NCBI GenBank assembly: GCA_963827685.1 | Contig: CAWHBU010000002.1 | Coordinates: 384,001 to 448,000, forward strand | Direction of reading: 5' to 3' | From: an uncultured delta proteobacterium | GTDB lineage: Bacteria > Desulfobacterota > BSN033 > UBA1163 | DNA: 64,000 nt | Shown here: positions 49,636 to 59,986 of the stretch, piece after piece | How positions within the stretch are numbered: the stretch's first letter is position 1 | Layout: every line of letters starts with the position of its first letter | Program-made: the position numbers and the translations under genes | Notes under the pieces: model-generated | What the model saw: the letters and a program-made list of their open reading frames with translations, nothing else | The model's database searches: none | What the model was told of the DNA's origin: nothing

Positions 49636-50061
49636 TTAATGCCCTGACTGGGTGCCAGCTAGGATTTGGGTAAATACTACATTAGTCTTTCTTGTCTCTC
49701 CGTCTCGAATATACTCAGCATAACATTCCACCCTATGTGAGCCAATGCTAACACCGGGAAGGTACACTTGGAAAGCTCTCTTCGTTCCTAAGGTTAAATA
49801 CGATGCATCCGATACATCAAAACAGTATGGCTCCTGCCCTGATTCATAGATACAGGCTCTTTTAATCTCTGGCTTACCAGCTGCCTCAAAAAAAATATTA
49901 ACCGCAAAGGATGCATTCGCTTGGATACCACTTCCCAGAGCATCTATACTTAATAATCTTACCTCGCCTGAAGCGAGAGGCTCCCTTGGGACCGTAGCAC
50001 AAGAAGAAGCTATCAACAAAACCACTCCACTCAACAAAACAGTTATTAATATAGACCTCAT
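49636..50061 (-). CDS. Hypothetical lipoprotein
   Basis: Lipobox-like IASSC after a hydrophobic stretch; RBS GGAGG. Confidence 0.7.
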   Translation of the reverse strand: MRSILITVLLSGVVLLIASSCATVPREPLASGEVRLLSIDALGSGIQANASFAVNIFFEAAGKPEIKRACIYESGQEPYCFDVSDASYLTLGTKRAFQVYLPGVSIGSHRVECYAEYIRDGETRKTNVVFTQILAGTQSGH

Positions 50062-50150
50062 AGAAATAACCTCCTTCCTATTTTTTTATATCGTGTTATA
50101 CAGCAAATGTGACCAATTTCTTTGCCTTGTAAATCTGACAGAAATCTTAC

Positions 50151-51259
50151 TAATACAAACGCATTAAGTAATGTTACATAGCCTACGAATCTTTTGACAA
50201 GACCATGAGCGAGTTGTTTTACAAACGACAGACCAAAGATTATCAAGGTTTTCAAACCAACGGTTGGTGGTGGATTCATAGCGAACACTGCGCCAAATCC
50301 GTTCTTGCACGTTTAATCCCGGTTGATACGGGGGTAAATATTCGATATGGAGCCTCGGATGTTTTTTAAGAAATTGTTCGATGGGATCGCCTCTGTGCCA
50401 GCGGGCCCTGTCGACATAAAGCCAAATGGTATATTCTTTAAACCTTCCATAGAGGTGGCGCAAAAGTTTGAGAAACCCTTCTCTATCCCCCCGTTTTGTC
50501 TGAATCATGCCATAGCGTCCAAGCAAAGGATTGACCCACCCAGAGATATTCAAGCGGATACGATGCTGGCTGGTGGTGGGAATCTTAAGACGCTTTCCTT
50601 TCTTCGCCCAGCCCCGGCTAAGCCTGGGGTGCATCGTAAAGCCTGTCTCATCCTGGAATACAATTGTCTCTTTTGGCCCCAGGGACTCAAGTTTTTTTTA
50701 AAGCCCGCTGGAACTTTCGGGCTTCTTGGCTTTGTGCTTGAAGATAAGAATAACTCGCTCTCTTTAACCGATAACCCAAATGATGCATCCAGCGTTGGGC
50801 TTGCCGCACCTTCAGGTTTATCCCGAAAGACCGCTTCAGATGAATCGCAACCGTTGGCCCATCCCATTGAGTCCGGTTTAAACCAAATTCCCGCGGAGAC
50901 TTCTCTAAGTGTCCCTCCAGCACCCTTTGAATCTTTGTCTCTAACCGTGAAGGCCTTCCCGATCTTGGCTTGGATTTTAAGAACTCTAAGCCGTCTTTGT
51001 TCACCCCGTGAATCCATCGGCTTAAACTCATCCGGGTCAACCCTAACACCTCGGTTATCCATCCCGGACGTTGCCCTTCAAGCACCAGGAGTAAGGCGGC
51101 TATCTTTATGCCTATCCAAGCCCCTGATATTTGTTCGGCTAATGCTAATAAACGCTCTTTATTGGCCTCTTTATGCTCTAAGATTAATGTGGGATTTTTC
51201 ATGCCCACATATTAACATAAATAAACTGCTATGTCACTTTATTTAGGACGTTCGTATTA
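50151..51259 (-). mobile_element. IS630-family element, two-ORF transposase joined by a -1 frameshift
   Basis: TIRs TAATACAAACGCATTAAGTAATGTTACATAG / rc TAATACGAACGTCCTAAATAAAGTGACATAG with TA ends; HTH ORF 50687-51208; A8C slip at 50691-50699; YVDRARWH, LPPYQPGLNVQERIW. Confidence 0.9.
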
Positions 51260-51410
51260 AATAAAGATTAAACGGGCATTAAATTTAGATTAAGATTTCT
51301 TAACTTCGGCAAATAGAATTTTAAGCTTTTGGGAGAGGGCAATTCACAAAGCGAAGGTTGAACCCTTACTCGGTTCCCTTCACACCTCAATTCCTTCGTA
51401 CCGTAGAGAA

Positions 51411-52534
51411 CTAGTATCTAATTATATAAATAAGCGTACTTATTTTTAGGGTGAACTGATTTGACATAACGCTTGGTCCATTCAAACGGGGCTGCCTTTT
51501 CGTTATGGACGGAAATAAACTCATCGATCGCCTGGCGCAACTGTCGGACGCTTGTAAAGGAGGCGCCCCTCAAGGCATAGCGGCTCAGAAGACTGAACCA
51601 GATTTCGATCTGGTTCAGCCAGGAAGCATGTGTGGGCGTAAAATGAAAATGAACCTTCGGATGGCGTTTAATCCAATGATCCCTCTTCGGTCGATGAGTC
51701 TTCAAATTGTCCATAATCACATGGATTTCCTCGTCCGGATGTTCGGCAACGATCTCGTTCATAAAATCCAGAAACTCCCGGCGACGACGGCGGCCGTAAT
51801 GGCCCGCCTTCACTTGTCCCGTGGCCACATTCAAGGCTGCAAAGAGGGTACTCGTTCCATGCCGTCTATACTCATGGTTGGCTCCCGTCAGCGCCTTGCC
51901 ATTGGGCAGTTTAAGCCACCCCTGAGCCCGTTCCAACGCCTGAATGGCTGGCTTCTCATCCATGCATACCACCATGGCGTTCTCAGGAGGATCCAGGTAA
52001 AGCCCAACAATATCAGCGGACTTCCGTGCAAATTCAGGGTCCGTCGAAATACACCAACTGCGCCGTCTCTGAAGGCTAATCCCATACTTGCGCAACACCG
52101 CCCACACTTCATAATCCGGGATGCTCGTCCTCTCCCCCAGAAGCCTTCCGTTCCACTGGGCATATCCCTTCGGAGGAGCTTCATCGATCTTGCGCAGAAT
52201 TGTGTGTTCGGTCTCTGCGGTGTACTTACGTGGCTGCCCGGGGCGCGGTTCATCAAGCAAACCTGCCAACCCTTCTCTGACGAAACGGCTACGCCATTTG
52301 CAAACGCGTGCAACACGAGTCCTCAGCCTTTTGGCAATCTCCGTGTTACTCTGCCCTTCAGCACCCCAGAGAATAATTTGCGCCCTCTCCGCCATACGCT
52401 TGGGAGTGGTATGGGTTCGAACCAATCGATCCAACTCAGCCCGTTGCTCGGGCTCCAACGTGATTTCTTTTGCTTTCCTGCTCATAATACAGGAAAGTTA
52501 GCATATTACGCTTATTATGTCAAGTAGATACTAG
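51411..52534 (-). mobile_element. IS630-family element, single ORF
   Basis: CTAGTATCTA...TAGATACTAG ends with an inner ATAAGCGTA/TACGCTTAT match. Confidence 0.9.
51418..52485 (-). CDS. IS630-family transposase
   Basis: CMDEKP, HEYRRHGT, IMDNLKTH, TPTHASWLNQIEIWF. Confidence 0.95.
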   Translation of the reverse strand: MSRKAKEITLEPEQRAELDRLVRTHTTPKRMAERAQIILWGAEGQSNTEIAKRLRTRVARVCKWRSRFVREGLAGLLDEPRPGQPRKYTAETEHTILRKIDEAPPKGYAQWNGRLLGERTSIPDYEVWAVLRKYGISLQRRRSWCISTDPEFARKSADIVGLYLDPPENAMVVCMDEKPAIQALERAQGWLKLPNGKALTGANHEYRRHGTSTLFAALNVATGQVKAGHYGRRRRREFLDFMNEIVAEHPDEEIHVIMDNLKTHRPKRDHWIKRHPKVHFHFTPTHASWLNQIEIWFSLLSRYALRGASFTSVRQLRQAIDEFISVHNEKAAPFEWTKRYVKSVHPKNKYAYLYN

Positions 52535-52604
52535 TCCATCTTATCGATTACTGTTTGAAATGTCGTACTGAGGGAAGATTTACAAGAATCACGCTTTCAA
52601 GAAG

Positions 52605-52766
52605 AAGCTTTTGGGCGGGAGTTTGGTCGGAGGCAATCCCCAGTGGAGGTCTGAGGAGGTTGAAAGACCTTAGGAATGCAGGTAAATATTTTAGATTATT
52701 CTGTGAAGTCCGGAGACCTTTGTAACCCGTACTTATTTAACAAACTTAACTACGACCCCTGGGCAT
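52605..52766 (+). repeat. Conserved ~160-bp non-coding unit, copy A (no gene-end duplicate attached)
   Basis: AAGCTTTTGGGCGGGAGTTTGGTCGGAGGCAATCCCC...AACCCGTACTTATTTAACAAACTTAACTACGACCCCTGGGCAT. Confidence 0.95.
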
Positions 52767-52866
52767 GCGATTACCAGTTGAAAGAGAGCATGATGCCCCA
52801 ACCTACCCGCCGTTTCTTCTATGGTTTCTTAACCAAGACAAGCAGATATCCCGATTATCGCCTTGC

Positions 52867-54150
52867 CTAAGGTTCCGTCTCATCGGGATCCTCTATAACG
52901 TCGATCCCGACACCCGGTTTAAAAGGGTAAGAAATTACCCGCGAGGTCGCAAAGACATTTTGCTTGCTGGCCTCCAATAGCTTCTTTGCTTCTGCGACTA
53001 CGGCATCAGTTTGAATTAGCCTCGGCCGGACAGCAACGGCAATCTCAGCATGAAGCAAAATCGGGTTTGCGAAGCTGTCCGCATAGACCTTTGCACCAAA
53101 CTCGGCTTTACAGGCACCCGATGCCAGAAGGTACGTAAACGGCTGTACGAGGCGAACTCGATGTGGCTGAAGTGCTTCCCACTCAAAGCTATATTTCCAT
53201 TCGTCACCTTCTTTTGTCAAGCCTTTACCGCTTAACTTTTCAAGCTTACGTTCTATTTCACTGGGTTCACCCATCTGCAGATTTTCAGCGAGGGAATACC
53301 AAGTTACGGCATATTGGGACCTTGCCGAACGTAAAGGATTCGTTTGCGATACCTGAAAAGCACCTGCCGATGCCGTTATTGACATTTCCACGTAGAGGTT
53401 GCGTATTCCAGATGAACTGATGTTCTTAATTGCCAAGATGGCTGGAACTAATCCAGCTTCCATGCGCGCGTCTTGAAGGACTCGCTCAAAATACTGCTTG
53501 AGCTCGCGATCAATTTCAATATCGGGGGCCGACAGTTTAAGCACGTCGACACCTGTTGACAATGAGTTACCCGCAAGCTCGCCTGTTTCCAGAGACACAA
53601 ACTGGAGATCGAGAGGCAGCGGTTGACCTGAATTGTCCACCCTTTGCAGATCACGGATCTTCAATTCCAGTTGGTTTGCAAATTTGTCACGAAAATTAAG
53701 TGAAGAACCGAAGACCTCTACAAGTGCATGCGATGATATTCTCTCCTTGAAAGTTTTTAGCTTTTCCATCTGGTCAAGATCGACATGGCTAGGATCAACT
53801 GGGACATGGGAAAAATACAGCATCACTGGCTTGCCGGCTTTTGCCACTCGTTCGATTTCTTCCAATGTGCCGCTGTCAGCCTCACCGGTTGGCGTACCGA
53901 GCCTGGTCCAGAAAATCCCGACGAGAAGGTCACAATCATCAACTATCCTGCGGTTAACCGCCTCTTGTGGTCGCACGTTATATTCAGGGGCAGCATGGGT
54001 TTCCCACCTGAGAGGAAGAACGACAACGCGGCGATTGTCCGAATGAAGGTTATTCCAGTCTTGCATCACACGGACAGCTGCTTCACGCTCTTCAAGAACG
54101 TCAGAAGGAGATGCGATGAGAATTCGGTACACGCGAGCGTCATAGGACAT
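52867..54150 (-). CDS. DUF4062-like (TIR/deoxyribosyltransferase-type fold) domain fused to an unknown C-terminal domain
   Basis: ILIASPSDV.EER, RWE, CDLLVGIFWTRLGTPT..ADSGTLEEI. Confidence 0.75.
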   Translation of the reverse strand: MSYDARVYRILIASPSDVLEEREAAVRVMQDWNNLHSDNRRVVVLPLRWETHAAPEYNVRPQEAVNRRIVDDCDLLVGIFWTRLGTPTGEADSGTLEEIERVAKAGKPVMLYFSHVPVDPSHVDLDQMEKLKTFKERISSHALVEVFGSSLNFRDKFANQLELKIRDLQRVDNSGQPLPLDLQFVSLETGELAGNSLSTGVDVLKLSAPDIEIDRELKQYFERVLQDARMEAGLVPAILAIKNISSSGIRNLYVEMSITASAGAFQVSQTNPLRSARSQYAVTWYSLAENLQMGEPSEIERKLEKLSGKGLTKEGDEWKYSFEWEALQPHRVRLVQPFTYLLASGACKAEFGAKVYADSFANPILLHAEIAVAVRPRLIQTDAVVAEAKKLLEASKQNVFATSRVISYPFKPGVGIDVIEDPDETEP

Positions 54151-54522
54151 TAGGGAATCTCACTCTACACCAGAGGTCCACACCGCTAATCGCGCCTCGA
54201 ATATTTTCTAAACCATTGAGGCTTTTCTGCTCAAAAAGGTCTGAATTAGATAAAATTCATCCAGCAAGAAAAGATCGTTTAGCACTATAAAACACAGAAT
54301 TGAGATAATTGGAACAAATTATCGTCGGAATCGGAGCATACCCCATTGCTACTTTTCGTTTATAATATACACCTTTTTCAAAAAATAGCAAAGCGAAAAC
54401 TTCATGAAGAACTTCTCTTTTCTCCTAAATCTTGCCGGCCTCAATCCCGTTTTAACGCTTCCCTACAAATCTTCAGTCTAAGATGACTCTGAGGATCGAC
54501 AATTACTGGTAGAAACATGCAC

Positions 54523-54556
54523 AAAAAAAGGCAGGACTATTTCTAACCCTGCCTTT
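54523..54556 (-). terminator. Intrinsic terminator
   Basis: AAAGGCAGG...CCTGCCTTT hairpin with a T7 tail on the minus strand. Confidence 0.65.
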
Positions 54557-54627
54557 GCTCTTTGACCACTGAATATTGACTTACTTCCCTCGATGATGGC
54601 GTGCTTAGTCCAAGCCTCCATCCCCTC

Positions 54628-55212
54628 CTACCGGTATTTTCTGCGTTGGATTTCACTCCGAATCCTACTCCTCTCCCGCCCATCAGAGACATAGAGGGAG
54701 GGTGGGACATTCCATCCCAATCCCCGATGCTGTCTGATGATTGAATGAAAATTTTTTAGGCCAACCTTCCGCCCTATCGTGTGGATCCGGAGTCGTTTCA
54801 TAAAATAGATCGCATAAGCCTTCTCTGCTCTCTTTGAGCGGAGTCTTCCAAATTTCTGACTGACCAATCCCCGGTTTCTCAGCGTTCGGAAATGGTAAAA
54901 GTATTTTGCTCTTGATCCCCCCGTTTCCTTTTTGATCGTGTGGGAAGAAATAAATTCGCTGTGGGGTTTCTTGCTGATCTGGATCAGCTTCTGACAAAAA
55001 CGACATCCCTCCGTTTGATGCCCTCTGGGTTTCAATGGTCTCTTGATCCCCTGCCTTTTAGAAAAGGCATAAACCGCCTGCCTCGACACTCCATACCTTT
55101 TCCCCAGTTTCTCGAAGGGAAGAGTAGTCCTTTTCAAGTCCCTTAGCAAATCGTCTTCCTTACCCCGAAGTATTCCCCATCTTCTCATTATCATCTTAGG
55201 AACTTTCAGCAA
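54628..55212 (-). CDS. Very basic hypothetical protein with an HTH-like segment (start uncertain)
   Basis: FEKLGKRYGVSRQAVYAF, CRFC; K/R-rich; followed by a terminator. Confidence 0.6.
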   Translation of the reverse strand: MLKVPKMIMRRWGILRGKEDDLLRDLKRTTLPFEKLGKRYGVSRQAVYAFSKRQGIKRPLKPRGHQTEGCRFCQKLIQISKKPHSEFISSHTIKKETGGSRAKYFYHFRTLRNRGLVSQKFGRLRSKRAEKAYAIYFMKRLRIHTIGRKVGLKNFHSIIRQHRGLGWNVPPSLYVSDGRERSRIRSEIQRRKYR

Positions 55213-55410
55213 AATTTTAATTCTTCCATTCCAATCTATTCAATCAGAAACGAGGTGTCAATGAGAATTGGGAGGAGGGTTTAGTCGTCCTTGAATTTTT
55301 GCTAAGCACGGAGTATCTATGAAAAAGAGAGTGCGGGGATGAACTTCGGCCTGCAAATTGAAGACCACTGTTATAAATTGTGATAAAATTAGCTCAAAAG
55401 GACTGGAAAG

Positions 55411-55590
55411 ATGAAGGTATGGGAATACCTTTTAGATTTTTCGGCAAGGATACTTGCTCCGAATTTTCTAAAAATTGGCCTCATCGTTGTTGTTATATGG
55501 CTTCTAATTTCAGGTCTTAGAAAGGGGTTAAGAAAGGCGAGTCGGAATAACGATTCTGAGGAAAATAACGAAGATAACAATAGGGACTAA
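55411..55590 (+). CDS. 59-aa single-TM protein (below the ORF-track cut-off)
   Basis: MKVWEYLLDFSARILAPNFLKIGLIVVVIWLLISGLRKGLRKASRNNDSEENNEDNNRD; purine-rich leader. Confidence 0.5.
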   Translation: MKVWEYLLDFSARILAPNFLKIGLIVVVIWLLISGLRKGLRKASRNNDSEENNEDNNRD

Positions 55591-55685
55591 TTTAGATTTT
55601 TGAATCCTCTTTTAAGAAGTCACTGGGGAGCATCTTCTCAATAGGATTGTGGGTTGGTAGTTCAAATCCCTCCGTGGGCTGTGAA

Positions 55686-55839
55686 TTATCCCGAAAGAAT
55701 ATTCAAAAACTTTTTAAACTTAATCATATCCTCTGGAGAGATATCAATAAATTTTACTCCACACCGATAATCTCCCCAGCTTTCACCCAAATGAATCTCT
55801 GTCCAACCTACCTCGGCCAGCACTTCAACGAAATTCGAC
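55686..55839 (-). pseudogene. C-terminal remnant of a PilZ-domain protein
   Basis: Manual translation VEVLAEVGWTEIHLGESWGDYRCGVKFIDISPEDMIKFKKFL*; no 5' part. Confidence 0.55.
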
Positions 55840-55848
55840 CATATCCTC

Positions 55849-56280
55849 TCAGGGTGGCCAAATGAGAGAAGCGCTGAGACAGTCGCCTTGCTCGTGAAAA
55901 ACTCTTTCCCCCAGAGTCAAGGTTATTCCGACCTCAGAGCAGCATTCGATCGTCCGGGTCCGCTCTTTTGCCAACTTTTCGTTCCAGGAGTAAACACCCG
56001 CTGTATAATATTCTTCAGTCCCGCGGTCGGTACGCACCGAAAATCGGGAGAAGCGCCAAGGTACTCCAAAACGGATTGAAACCGGCCGGTGGGTGACGGA
56101 GTGAATGAATTCAATCCGGCCCTCCTGCCAGGCCCAGAACCAGAATGTATTGGAGCTGCGATTTCCGGCGATTCGGACCGGCCGGACGAATCCCGCCACG
56201 AAAAGGACTGGAATCAGGATAACCGCAAGGGACAAAGTTCTTGTGGAAACCCATTTGCCTTCTGGGGCAAGGTCAATCAC
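55849..56280 (-). CDS. DUF1850-like TRAP-associated protein
   Basis: IEFIHSV motif; coupled to the TAXI gene. Confidence 0.6.
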   Translation of the reverse strand: MIDLAPEGKWVSTRTLSLAVILIPVLFVAGFVRPVRIAGNRSSNTFWFWAWQEGRIEFIHSVTHRPVSIRFGVPWRFSRFSVRTDRGTEEYYTAGVYSWNEKLAKERTRTIECCSEVGITLTLGERVFHEQGDCLSASLIWPP

Positions 56281-57272
56281 TTCAACGTGCCTGTTTCCTT
56301 AAAGTAGCGTAACGAACCCGGGTCGTAAGGAATGATTCCATGAATGAACTTTACCGCATTCGCAGGAGTGGTGTCCTTGGCCGCTTTGGCCGAAGCCTGC
56401 AGTTGCGCCAGATGTTCGAAGACTGCCTTGGTGATGGAGTAAGAATATTTCTCGGGCAAATCCTTTGGTCCCACGAAGAGGTTCCAGAAGGCCAGTGTCG
56501 GGTTGTCCCTGTCGGTCTTGTAGACTTCCTTGGGGATCACGCCCGCTTCCAGCACTCCGGGGAATTTCTGGAGAAGTTTTTTTACCAGGTCTGACGGTAT
56601 GTCCACCAATTCTATCTTACTCCCCTTGCGAGCCAAAGAGGTGGCAAGCTCGGTCACCGAGGCAGTAGGGAGGCCCCCGGACCAGAAATAAGCGTCCAGA
56701 GTTCCTTGTGACATCGCTTCCGACAATTCAGAGGCTCCCAAACGTTCTTGCTTGCCTAAATCGGAAGTCTTCAGCCCGGCCGCATCCAGCACCATAAAGG
56801 CCTCTACCTCGGTGCCCGACCCTGGGGCCCCGGTAGAGACACGCTTTCCCTTCAAGTCGGCTACGGTTTTAATACTTGATCCAGACACGGCCACGAGATG
56901 TAGGTAGTTGGGATACATGGCCCACATGATTCTGATTTCTTTAGCGGGTTTATCTTTGAAGCGATCAAGTTTTCCGGTATATGCAAGGTAAGCCGAATCG
57001 GGAAGGACCGTCCCGAGATAGTAGGTATTCTTGGCCGGGATCGTCCGCCGTTGAATCAGGAGAAGATTGTCCACCGATGCCGCAGTCTGGATGGCGGTTG
57101 CTTCTACTCCAGCGTACTTCGTCAGGATTTCGGCGACTGTCGTCCCGTAGTAATAGTAAACTCCGCCAATGCCACCGGTAGTAACCAAAATCCTGGGTTT
57201 CTCCTCCGCGGCGACGACCAGGGTAGCCAGTCCAAAAATCATTGCCAAAACGATACATGTGATTTTCTTCAT
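56277..57272 (-). CDS. TAXI-family TRAP solute-binding protein
   Basis: TGGIGGVYY, ASVDN, DLKGKRVSTGAPGSGTE; signal peptide. Confidence 0.92.
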   Translation of the reverse strand: MKKITCIVLAMIFGLATLVVAAEEKPRILVTTGGIGGVYYYYGTTVAEILTKYAGVEATAIQTAASVDNLLLIQRRTIPAKNTYYLGTVLPDSAYLAYTGKLDRFKDKPAKEIRIMWAMYPNYLHLVAVSGSSIKTVADLKGKRVSTGAPGSGTEVEAFMVLDAAGLKTSDLGKQERLGASELSEAMSQGTLDAYFWSGGLPTASVTELATSLARKGSKIELVDIPSDLVKKLLQKFPGVLEAGVIPKEVYKTDRDNPTLAFWNLFVGPKDLPEKYSYSITKAVFEHLAQLQASAKAAKDTTPANAVKFIHGIIPYDPGSLRYFKETGTLK

Positions 57273-57360
57273 TCCAACCTCCTCTCACGTTTTGAAAATC
57301 GGGTTAAAGGTGCTTTCCTCAGAAGGTGTCAAGAAATCGCATGCCTTACAGAATGATTCT

Positions 57361-59466
57361 CTATTCGGCAGCGCTGACAGCTTCGGATTTCTTACCCAGG
57401 AAGAACCAGATCGAAACAAGCAAAACTGCCATGTTGACCCAAAGATAAGGTGCAAATAGACCAATAGAAATGATTCCGAGGACCCAACATTCCCATGGGC
57501 GCAACGGCCGCCGTGCATAACCCACCGTGGCTGCTGCCATACAGATCGCGCCCGCCGACACGATTGCCAGGCGAAGGATGAAGCCGGTGATCGCGTCGAA
57601 ACCCGAAGCAGTCCGCCACATTGGCAACAGGAGAAGGGCCGTGCCCCGGTAAGCCAGGATGAAGGAAAAGCCCACGAGATACTTGGGCAAGGCCACAATG
57701 GCCGCATGCCAACCTGTCTTTAACGGGTTCGTTAAAAAAACCGAAGCCGAGGCATACGCGGAGAGGGCCACGGGCGGGGTCACATCGGCCAGAATCGAAT
57801 AATACATCAGGAACATATGTGTGGACAGCAGGGCCGCTTCGGGAGGGATGCCGTTAGCGATGGCTATTTGCACGATGCCCGGGGCCGTCAGGGACGAAGC
57901 CACCACGTATGTCGCCGTTGGCGGAATCCCCATTCCCAGGAGCAAACTTAACACCGCCGCTAAAAAGGTGGCAATAAACAGGCTCTGTCCGGAAACCAAT
58001 GCCATGAACTGGGAAAATTTGTTCGGAAGACCGGTCATGACCATTAAGGTCAGGATCAAGTTGGCACAGACCACGGCTGTGCCGATGGGGATCAAGGTTG
58101 AGAAACCATCAGCCAGCCCTTTCAGGAGCACACGCGGGCTCACTGGACGAAGCGTGGGGTCCAGGTAGCAAAAAATGACGAAGAGAACCACGGCAGAAGC
58201 TACGGCCATGCTGATCGAGTAGCCCAGATAGATGAAGACCACAATTAAAAGGATGGGGACGAAAATGTAGCAGTACCGGCGAAAATACCGCCCACCATAG
58301 CTTTTTTCATTCTCGATGGGCTTCAGCCCGATCTTCTTAACATAAAAATAGTTGTAAGCCATGATGGCCACGAGATAGAGAAACATCGGTCCCAAGGCCA
58401 TGATGCAAACCCATAAATAAGGGATGGAAAGTATCTCCACCATGACAAAGGCCATGGAGCCCAAAACGGGTGGGGTGATCATGGCTATGGTGCCTGCAGT
58501 GGCGGCTATTCCGGAGGCGACATAGCGATCATATCCTGCCTTTTCGAACATGGGCTTGCTGATAGTCGATACGAACTGGGTGTCCGCCGCGCCGGAACCG
58601 CTGAACATGCCCATGAAAACGGAAGCCAGACACGTGACTATGCCTGGGCTGTCGGCCCGCCCGCGGGCGGCCATTGAGGCGATGTTGGCGATTATCCGGC
58701 CCAAATTCAAGACGCTAATCATACCCCCCAAGATGGTGAAGTAGACGAGATACTTCATGGACACGCCGGTAATGAGTCCGAACAGCCCGGCCTCGGTCTC
58801 GCTGAAAAGTTTTCCCAGCAACAGGTCAAAGCCGAAAGAAGGGTGTGAAAAGACGCCCGAGAGCATATCTCCATACAGGTTGTAAAGAAGGAAAATAAGA
58901 ACCAGAGACGGCAGGATGGCTCCGGTATAACGGTAAACCTGGCCGAGCAAGAGAAGAGTGAGCCCGAAACCCATGACGAGGTCCCAAGGTTCCGGTATCA
59001 TGGCCCGCTCAATGATGTCTTGGAAAAAGATCACCAAATAAAGAAAAGCCACGGTGGCGAGGATAGCCCCGACTTTATTCAGCCACGGGCCCGAGCGGGG
59101 ATAAACGGCCGGCAGGACTGCCACCAGCCAAAAAATGGTGGCCACAACATTGAATTGCAGGTTCAACCCCAGCTGCCAGAAGGCATAGAGCGGAAATGCA
59201 GCCAAAATTGCGAAGACAAAAGAACCGACTCCCGCTCGCCTATCGACTCGGATCGAGGATAGAAGGTATCCTGTCAGGAGAAGGAAAAACACGTGAGTCG
59301 CCCTCTGTACCTGGGTGAGGTCCAGGATGGAAATGGATAGTTTTGAGAGCGGCGTGTAAGGGTGAACCACTAAGTACAAGCTGTAGAGGCTGGCGATGAT
59401 CAGGAGCGGGGTGATGATAAAACGTCTGAGGATGCTATCTTGGGTACTCTGGGGTTCTGCGTGCAT
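57361..59466 (-). CDS. TRAP transporter 4TM/12TM fusion permease
   Basis: GMFSGSG, PPVLGSMAFVM, LGMGIPPTATY, ADVTPPVAL. Confidence 0.92.
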   Translation of the reverse strand: MHAEPQSTQDSILRRFIITPLLIIASLYSLYLVVHPYTPLSKLSISILDLTQVQRATHVFFLLLTGYLLSSIRVDRRAGVGSFVFAILAAFPLYAFWQLGLNLQFNVVATIFWLVAVLPAVYPRSGPWLNKVGAILATVAFLYLVIFFQDIIERAMIPEPWDLVMGFGLTLLLLGQVYRYTGAILPSLVLIFLLYNLYGDMLSGVFSHPSFGFDLLLGKLFSETEAGLFGLITGVSMKYLVYFTILGGMISVLNLGRIIANIASMAARGRADSPGIVTCLASVFMGMFSGSGAADTQFVSTISKPMFEKAGYDRYVASGIAATAGTIAMITPPVLGSMAFVMVEILSIPYLWVCIMALGPMFLYLVAIMAYNYFYVKKIGLKPIENEKSYGGRYFRRYCYIFVPILLIVVFIYLGYSISMAVASAVVLFVIFCYLDPTLRPVSPRVLLKGLADGFSTLIPIGTAVVCANLILTLMVMTGLPNKFSQFMALVSGQSLFIATFLAAVLSLLLGMGIPPTATYVVASSLTAPGIVQIAIANGIPPEAALLSTHMFLMYYSILADVTPPVALSAYASASVFLTNPLKTGWHAAIVALPKYLVGFSFILAYRGTALLLLPMWRTASGFDAITGFILRLAIVSAGAICMAAATVGYARRPLRPWECWVLGIISIGLFAPYLWVNMAVLLVSIWFFLGKKSEAVSAAE

Positions 59467-59705
59467 ATTCAGTCTTATTTCTTTATCCAGGAATTAAATT
59501 CTACGAGACCTGGCTTCTTACCTATTTATCCCCCGCCACCCGCCACAATCTGAGGGTGAACTAAATATACGAAAGAACGAAGTTGAATGTCAAGAAGGAA
59601 GACAACAAGATATGAAGGAAGGTTTTAGGCCAGTATTGCAGATAACGATTACCAAATGAAAACTTGCATCATGGGCGAAATCTGTCAGCCGACGACTACA
59701 GGAAA

Positions 59706-59986
59706 AAGCTTTTGGGCGGGAGTTTGGTCGGAGGCAATCCCCAATGGAGGTCTGAGGAGGTTAAAAGACCTTAGGTTTGCAGTTAAATATTTTAGATTAT
59801 TCTGTGAAGTCCAGAGACCTTTGCAACCCGTACTTATTTAACAAACTTAACTACGCCCCCTGGGCATTAACCGAAATCGCTGCAAGAGGCCGCAGATATA
59901 CTCGGCATAGATCAGGCGACCCTATGGCGCCGCAGGAAGAAGTACGGGATTTGATATGAGTGGAAGGAAGGATTCGGTGCTTTGTT
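59706..59986 (+). repeat. Copy B: ~160-bp unit plus duplicate of the regulator 3' end
   Basis: Matches copy A over ~160 bp, then matches 49227-49341. Confidence 0.95.

Noticed and set aside
50347-51246. 299-aa plus-strand ORF
   Set aside because: Antisense to the IS630 transposase
51505-52527. 340-aa plus-strand ORF
   Set aside because: Antisense to the second IS630 transposase, with no recognisable motifs
55620-55685. A complete tRNA gene
   Set aside because: Only a T-loop-like and acceptor-like piece is present; the T stem pairs poorly, and there is no D arm, anticodon arm or CCA
59656-59959. Short ORFs within the repeat units (SFWAGVWSEAIP..., MQLNILDY...), also at 52676, 61730 and 61887
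   Set aside because: No shared start or RBS, variable ends, and the upstream part is not conserved as protein; similarity simply follows the DNA repeat
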